Source: Gordius albopunctatus (lineage: Eukaryota). Taken from it: DNA of 64,000 nt. The DNA lies in NCBI GenBank assembly GCA_964276515.1, contig OZ193909.1, positions 5,642,001 to 5,706,000 of the forward strand, written 5' to 3'. This document shows positions 47,433 to 64,000 of the stretch, one piece after another. Both the position numbers and the translations under genes were made by a program. Under the pieces are notes generated by a model. That model did no database searches. It was not told where the DNA came from and saw only the letters and a program-made list of their open reading frames with translations. How positions within the stretch are numbered: the stretch's first letter is position 1; every line of letters starts with the position of its first letter.

Positions 47433-47885
47433 TCACATTTTGGCCAAAGGTCATTTTTTTCATTGGTCAGCAGCCAGCGGGCTGCCAAAAAGGCATATTA
47501 TCAAGGGTAGTAAAAAGAATAAAAATATTAATTTAAAAAAAATTTTGGCCTCCCCGGGATTCGGACCCACATCAGGAGAGCCATAAGCCTTTGTTTGGCC
47601 AATGGTCATTTTTTCATTTGTCAGCAGCCAGAGGGCTGCCAAAAAGTCATATTATCAAGGGTAGTAACAAGAACAAAAATATTAATTTAAAAAAATATTT
47701 AAAAAATTTGGCCTCCCCGGGATTCGAACCAGTTAAATTAATACGAACAAAAGATAAACAACGGAACAAGACATTCAGTGCGTGACAACGACAAGACATT
47801 CGGTGCGTGACATTTGGTGAGTGACAAGACACGTTCGGCGTGACATCGGAAAATGGAAAGTGAGCCCATAAATTGCATAGCAATT
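47433..47885 (-). mobile_element. Helentron-associated element, partial copy 5
   Basis: Diverged central units and subTIR GAGCCCATAAATTGCATAGCAATT ending at 47885. Confidence 0.65.
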
Positions 47886-48229
47886 CATATAACCAGGTAA
47901 AGGCGGCTGCAAAAAAAGGCCGTTGCATTAGCGAACAGTGTTTTTTACACAGATAGCTAACAAACTAAATATTAAAGGGAAGCGACAGGCTTATTTACAA
48001 ATTAGGCAAAATAAGGGAGAATAAAAATCGCGATATTGAATTTCTTGGCCGCTCAAAAACGAGAATTCGAATTTAAAAAAGTAATGGAAAGTTAGAAAGG
48101 ATATTTCAAGTAACTTAGGAATATTTGCTGATGTCAAAAATTTTCTTTCCGATATTGAGCCAAGCATATGTATGGTTAATTTTTTTCAAGAGAATGAAAT
48201 TAAAAACAAACGAAAAAGAGCAAAAAGGA

Positions 48230-49620
48230 TAAGTAATGGATCAAATGAAATTCCTATGGAAGCCTAAGTGTTATGTCGGAAGGAAAATGTCACCACCATG
48301 GTGAATCTCTGAAACAAAATATGGGGAAAAGAAGAATTTCCAATCAAGGTGTAGCAAGCACTATAATCCCCTGATTTAAAGGTATAAGGGATCATCAATA
48401 TGGTAATTACGAAGGTATCAAGCTAACTTGTCAGTCCTTGAAACATGGAAAGCTATTAACCAGGGTTATTGAGTGTATTTGTCGAATCAGACAGAAATAA
48501 TAATATCGGATAACCGATTTGAAGTTATGTCTGACAAATCCTAATTGGCCCGATCTTCGCACTAAGCCAAATGATATATTAAAACGCGGAAAAAAGAGGA
48601 AACCTACATGTTGTCTTTATCGATTTTGAGAAAGCTTTTAACGCGGTGCCTCGCGATTTGATATGGTTGTACTTAAGGGAAAAAATTCTGGTGCATATCT
48701 ACGGATTTAAAAGAAATTTATGAAGCCTCAAATTCGAAAAAAAAACGTTTTTGTGTTAAAATCCGATAACATCAAAGATCTGCTCTAAGTCCCTTTTATT
48801 CAATATAATTAGGACACGATTACTATAGACATTCAAATCAAAAGCCATCTCCTTAATGTATGCTGTAAGTCGATGATATAGTACTATGCCAACGGACAAA
48901 GGAGCCGAAAAAAGACAAAGCGCTTAGCTAGATATGATTAAAAGGTCAAAGATTAAAAAACGATAGACATGGATATGAATGTAACATGCAGCTCATCATT
49001 AGATGATTATCTAAATTGCCCAAAAGGAGACTTACATACCTCGAATCGATGCTACATCAAGAGGTAGGTTCATGGGTAGGTAGGGGGGAGGGGCAGGCCA
49101 CCCTCCCCTGAATGACGGAAAAAAATTCAAAGCAAAAACCCTTAAAAATTTTAAAAAAAATTATGTTGCGCCCCTCCCTAATCCAAAACCTGGCTATGCA
49201 CATGGGTAGGTTGTGCAATAAGTCAATGCATTGATTTAAAGAGGATCGCGGAGGAGGCCAATGTGTTGAAATAAAGCTTACTAAGACCTGTGTTACTCTA
49301 TAGAATTTAAACAAGGGCATTAAACGAAGCGGAAGAAAAGTTATAAAAGGTAGGGAGATAAAAATGGTTTGTTCGAGCTTGGGAATAATAAAATAGATTA
49401 TATAACGAATGACGATCTCGTGGCAAATTTAAGCATTAGCGGATTTGTCAAATAAAAATTTGCAAATTCGAACGATCATATACAAATAAAGGAAGCTAAT
49501 AATGTAAATGGAAACTTTTTAATTATGGAAGTGCCGAGGAAGAGAGGTAGAGGATGACCACGTGTTACGTGTAAAGGGCAAGTGGATAAAGTAATTACAA
49601 AAAAAAAAATAAATACGAGC
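48230..49620 (+). mobile_element. RTE-like LINE relic
   Basis: GNYEGIKL (~48402), LHVVFIDFEKAFNAVPRDLIW (~48604), HQRSALSPLLF (~48770), DDIVL (~48872), VPRKRGRG*PRVT (~49531). Confidence 0.8.
49071..49204. mobile_element. Small hAT MITE (CATGGG-TIR family)
   Basis: CATGGG...GCACATG termini with perfect 8-bp TSD GGTAGGTT. Confidence 0.8.
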
Positions 49621-49737
49621 GTGACGCTTACCCGACCAATAAGAAAAAAATTAATATATAAAAACACGACTGTGAGACCCAATACAATAAATAATTCCAA
49701 TGCTGGCTTCATTCATGCATAAATTGTTAGTTCATAA

Positions 49738-51879
49738 CAAACTCGGGCCTTCGACCCTCGTGGGGAGGGGGACGGGGGAAGGGAAGGGGGAACGAAACTC
49801 ATCTCTACTCCGTATAAACGTAGCATATTTGCTATGCAATTTATGGGCGAGAATAGCGGGGTATAAAATGCAAAATGATTAGATAATTATTTATACAATC
49901 TTTCCATTTAATTAAAAAAAAAATTTGGACTCTCCGGGATTCGAACCCACATCATTAGAGACATAGGCTTTTGTAGGGGCACAGGGACCCATATCAGTAG
50001 AAGCATAGGCCCTTGTAGGGGAGGGCATAGGGTAATTATCAATGTTAACCAATTCAAAAACGGAAAAAAAAATTTCGAATGACAATTTGGCCAATGGTCA
50101 TTTTTTCAATGGTCAGTAGCCAGAACACGGTCAAAAAGTCATATTATCAATGGTAATAACAAGAACAAAATATTAATTTAATTAAAAAAAAATAAAAAAT
50201 TTTGTCCTGTGCGGGGATTGAACTCGAACCTTCAAGTCAGAAATTTAAAAGCCAGTGTAAATACGTTGGAGGACTGACCGGCATAGGGAAATTATCAATA
50301 TTAACCTAATATACCAATTCAATCGATTTCAAAACTATCTAATCGCTTAATATTTATTGATTAGAATTATCGATTTTTATCGATAATATTAGTTATACCC
50401 ATCTCGTTTCCTAGCAATCAAGATACATTACCGAGAGGTAGTGGGGTCGGGAGTGCTTAAAAAGTTGTGTTTTATTATGTTTTTTTTATATTTCTAGTGT
50501 TTGCTAAAAAATAATATACTTTTGAACACTTGATCTTAATAGGGGTAAGGGTAAATCATTAAGTTTGAAAACGGGTATATGTGCCAAAATCAAAAATATT
50601 TAAAATTAGGCGTGTAACAAACATTATATTATAATATTTCTATTATCATTATAATTATATAAAACCATTTGTGGGGTACCACGGACCCCACGATAGTTAT
50701 AAACTTATAATATTAAAATTTAAAACTTACTTTATTAATGAATAATTGCTAGGATGGCTTAAAACCCAAAACCAATATAATTAAATTAATAATAATAATA
50801 TATCTTAATAAATTGCAGAGTAATTAATAACAAACATTTAGGGATTGCGACGAAACAAGCAGCGACATGCAATGGCTCCGCTATTGCCTGTTACGACCGC
50901 GCATCTAAAAATGTCACTGGTATCAAAAGGATATCTCAAAAAATTTACATGTGCTAAATTGTTCTATTGGTCAGTACCAAGAGACGGTCTATTAATACAT
51001 ACGAGTCAAAAAAACGGAAAAAAATTTTAGATTCACACTTTGGCCAGTGTTCTTTTTTTCATTGGTCAGCAGCCATGGGACGGCCAATAAATTAGTCAGT
51101 ACCAACAGATGGTCTATAAATCAATGTTAGTCAAAAAAATGGAAAAAAAATTTTCGCTTCACCCTTTGGCCAATGGTCATTTTTTTCCATTGGTCACTAC
51201 CAACAGATACTCAACAAGTCAATGATAGCCAAAAAAAACGAAAAAAAATTTCGCGTTACACTTTGGCCAATGGTCACTTTTTTCCATTGGTCAGCAGCCA
51301 GCGTACGGCCAAAAAGTCATATTATCAATGGTATTAACAAGAACAATATATTAATTTAAAAAAAAATAAATAAAATTTGGACTCTCCGGGTATCGAATTA
51401 GCAATTAAAAGGGATTCGAACCCACATCAGTAGAAGGGAGGCATACTTTTTTATAGGAGGGGGGGGCACAGGGACCCATATCCGTAGAGGCACAGGCTCT
51501 GCTAGGGGAGGGCATAGGGTAAATGTCAATGTTAGCCAAAAAAAACGAAAAAAATATTTTCGATTCACATTTTGGCCAATGGTCATTTTTTTCATTGGTC
51601 AGCAGCAACGGACGGCCAAAAAGTCATAATAGCAATGGTAGTAACGAGAACAATCATAAGAGTAAAAAAAAACCCGGGATTCGAACCCAAAAACTAGTTA
51701 AAACATAAATTTCATAGCAATTAATTTTCGAATTCCAAGCGGTTTCAGTAGTAAACAAGACGAAAAGCGTGACAAGACATTCGGTGTGTGACACGAAGAG
51801 CGTGACAAGACATTCGGTGCGTGACACGAACAGCGTGACAAACAAAATGGAAAGTGAGCCCATAAATTGCATAGCAATT
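49738..51879 (-). mobile_element. Helentron-associated element, copy 6 (both ends present, with internal insertions)
   Basis: Hairpin end CTCGGGCCTTCGACCCTC at 49742; subTIRs at ~49829 and 51856-51879; central units; 33-bp tandem repeat at 51768-51840. Confidence 0.68.
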
Positions 51880-52258
51880 AAAACAATATAATTTATAAAA
51901 TACAAGAAAATTAATATGAAAATTTTAATATGAAACCATTCTGTCATCTCTAATAAGACATACTTTGCGTATAAACTTTTTTAAGTACGCTAATTATTAA
52001 ATCACTTAATCAAATTTTTCTACTTCTGGATAGAGCTATAAAGCTCATAATAAAGCTATTATAATAAATATTTATTTGGTAACTGGAAAAGTCAAATTTT
52101 TTTTACATTTTTTTTATTGTTTTATGCCATTTTTATCTATCATAAAAATTTTGTAAATTTTTAGGAATAATAGACTATAAGTTAGACGCTCGAGGTAATT
52201 CCCACATGGTCTTTTAAGCATATGTAAATTTAATTTTATAAGTTTTTTATAGCATAAG

Positions 52259-61717
<9,459 letters not shown>

Positions 61718-64000
61718 AAAAAGCTTCATGTTCTCATTATTTACCATTCATTTTAAATCGAATGATTTTTCCACTAGAAATATTGTGATATCTATCCTGA
61801 CGGATTGATTTAATGTTGTGTAATAATGCTTTTTCCCTCTCACTTTATATATTGCCTAGCCCCAATCGTCGATGTTTAATAACTTCCAAAGTTCAAATTA
61901 TTTTCACGTGCCATATCATTTTATTACGGTTTATACCCATACGCTTTTATGTAAATGAAATACGTCATGTGTTCAGCCTTGCCATTTATTGCGATGAATA
62001 TGTTTACGCCGTGGCTACAATATAGGTTTCGATTTATTAATGACGTCACATAACACCCTCATATCCATCTTTGCGTTAAAATAAATGGTGTTTTGTTAAA
62101 AATTCTTATATAGAGGCGTAGGTAATTTTTGTTATAATATATGCTTAGGTTATATTTTGACTTTATTTCAATGAAAAACTTTGGGTAGCTGCGCTAATGC
62201 TCAATCTTCTTAATTTAATTATCTCAATGTTTTGTTTTAATATTTTAGTAATATAATCTGCTCATGTTTTTCAGTTTTTTTTGAGGAAAAGGGATATTAC
62301 TGAAACAATTTTTTACAAAGAGAAGGATTCGGTCATAAGCTAACTGAAATTGATATTGGGCAATCATTGGCTTGCTCAATTACATAATTTTTATTCTACA
62401 TTGTAGTCATTCCAGAGCCTAAGATAATCTAAGGTATAATGCTCAAGGTTTAGGGTAAATAATAGGGTGGCCTAGACTAGCCCTAAAACGTAAACTGTAA
62501 TTTAGGCTTTGTTCTAAATTAGGAGGGTAAATACAATTAATTATGTGAAACTTTTCTGTTCCGTGTTTCTCCATTTTAGCCACAAGGATTTCAAAGGAGC
62601 CCACATGAGGTAAATAGAAATACCAAATTTTCATACTGTTAAAAGAAAAATACTTAACTTACCACTTAAATTATAAATATATTTAATTTAGAATGTATTC
62701 ATCATTTACATTACATAAAATATATTTGAGAAATAAAATTTAACAAATATTTTTTACAATTATACCAAGGCTAGGGAGACGCCTTATAAAGTTAGTGCAT
62801 CAAGTGACAAATATTATTTTGAGCTGGCGTTCTAATACATCCCAATTGTTCAAGAATATTAATAAAGCGATATTATGATTTTATAATTCTTCTTATATGA
62901 GAACGAGACGGTATATCAAACTATTAATAAACATAATTCATTATTTTTACACTTTGGCCACCATGCATAAGCAGATGTGGACTTGCATCATCTATCCATA
63001 TTTTATTATCGTTTGATTTATGAGTTATTCCAAATAAAATGGTAAATAATGACTCATATTATAAATTTTATCAATGCTATTAATTCAATATAAATATGCC
63101 TATAGTAGGCACTAATATTTGTAATTTTATTCTGTGCAATAAAATCATAAGTGTTGCAATGTACAGTTTGCAAATATCACAGATATCTTTTGCTTTATTT
63201 TTTAAGCAAATTAAACATATTAGATTATGTGCCTATAAATGATCTTATGAGGTGCAGTTTTTTGCACTACTTATTTTTAGTATAAAGACATATATACATT
63301 TACTTCACTATTTTTGCTGATTTGATTTTTAGTGCTTTAGCAATTTGCACCTTAGCAAATACTAAATTTTAGATTAAGAATATATTATTTACGGAATTTA
63401 TATATATGATGTTATATATTTAATACTTGCCATCTTCATAATATATAAGTGCTTGACTTTGTTACTGATTTTTTATATTTTGATACTTTTTGAACCAGAA
63501 TTGCAAATGTTACTAATTTAAACTTTAGATCAATCACCCCATATTTTTATTTCACAATATTGCATATTTTAAATACACAATTTCAGGTATTTCAAACACT
63601 CACTTAATACCTAAACTTATTTGCATTGCAAATTCAAAATTTCCAACTCATACTTTCTAATTGGAAGGTATATAAATTAATCTATAGCTAATGTCAAATG
63701 TTTAAACCATAAGTATTAAACTGTCATATTTTTTTTCACTTTTGACACTACTAAAGTAAAAAAATTTCTATGAATGCATTAGTATAATTCAGCATTGTCA
63801 TGATGTTAATTTTTTAGATTAATGTTGTTGTTGTTTTACATACTTTTACATCTGGCTTATGTAATGATTTTTTTGTCTAAGAGGCCCATGTATAAATATA
63901 ATCACTAATGTGTAGATGATATGGGTGGGGAATTAATGACATTCCATCACCTAATTGGTACACATACTATCACCCTTCCCCTACGTCGATCAATAAATAA

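Noticed and set aside
62443..62634. 63-aa minus-strand ORF as an exon of a downstream gene
   Set aside because: No recognisable motif and no consistent neighbouring exons found.

Overview
AT-rich, repeat-dense eukaryotic (invertebrate animal) genomic DNA. Three intact spliced host genes can be assembled by hand in frame with GT-AG introns: ADSL (minus, 12 exons, 489 aa), RPS15A (plus, 3 coding exons, 130 aa) and CCDC6 (plus, 10 exons, about 484 aa). Several of their introns are only 35-39 nt. Most of the remainder is nested transposable elements: Helentron/DINE-1-like non-autonomous elements with central tandem repeats and a tRNA-like module; several Helitrons, one carrying a 2-kb (TATG)n; hAT MITEs with 8-bp TSDs and a dead hAT transposase; a Ginger1-like TIR element with an OTU domain; three Mag-like Gypsy LTR elements; and RTE-like LINE relics. 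The most unusual object is a 2.8-kb retroelement at 32217-35004 (minus). It has gag and a DIRS/hepadna-type RT-RNase H but no visible integrase or tyrosine recombinase. It is bounded by a ~70-bp terminal redundancy preceded by a TATA box, and it sits without a TSD inside a Gypsy integrase gene. All calls are from manual reading; no searches were run.
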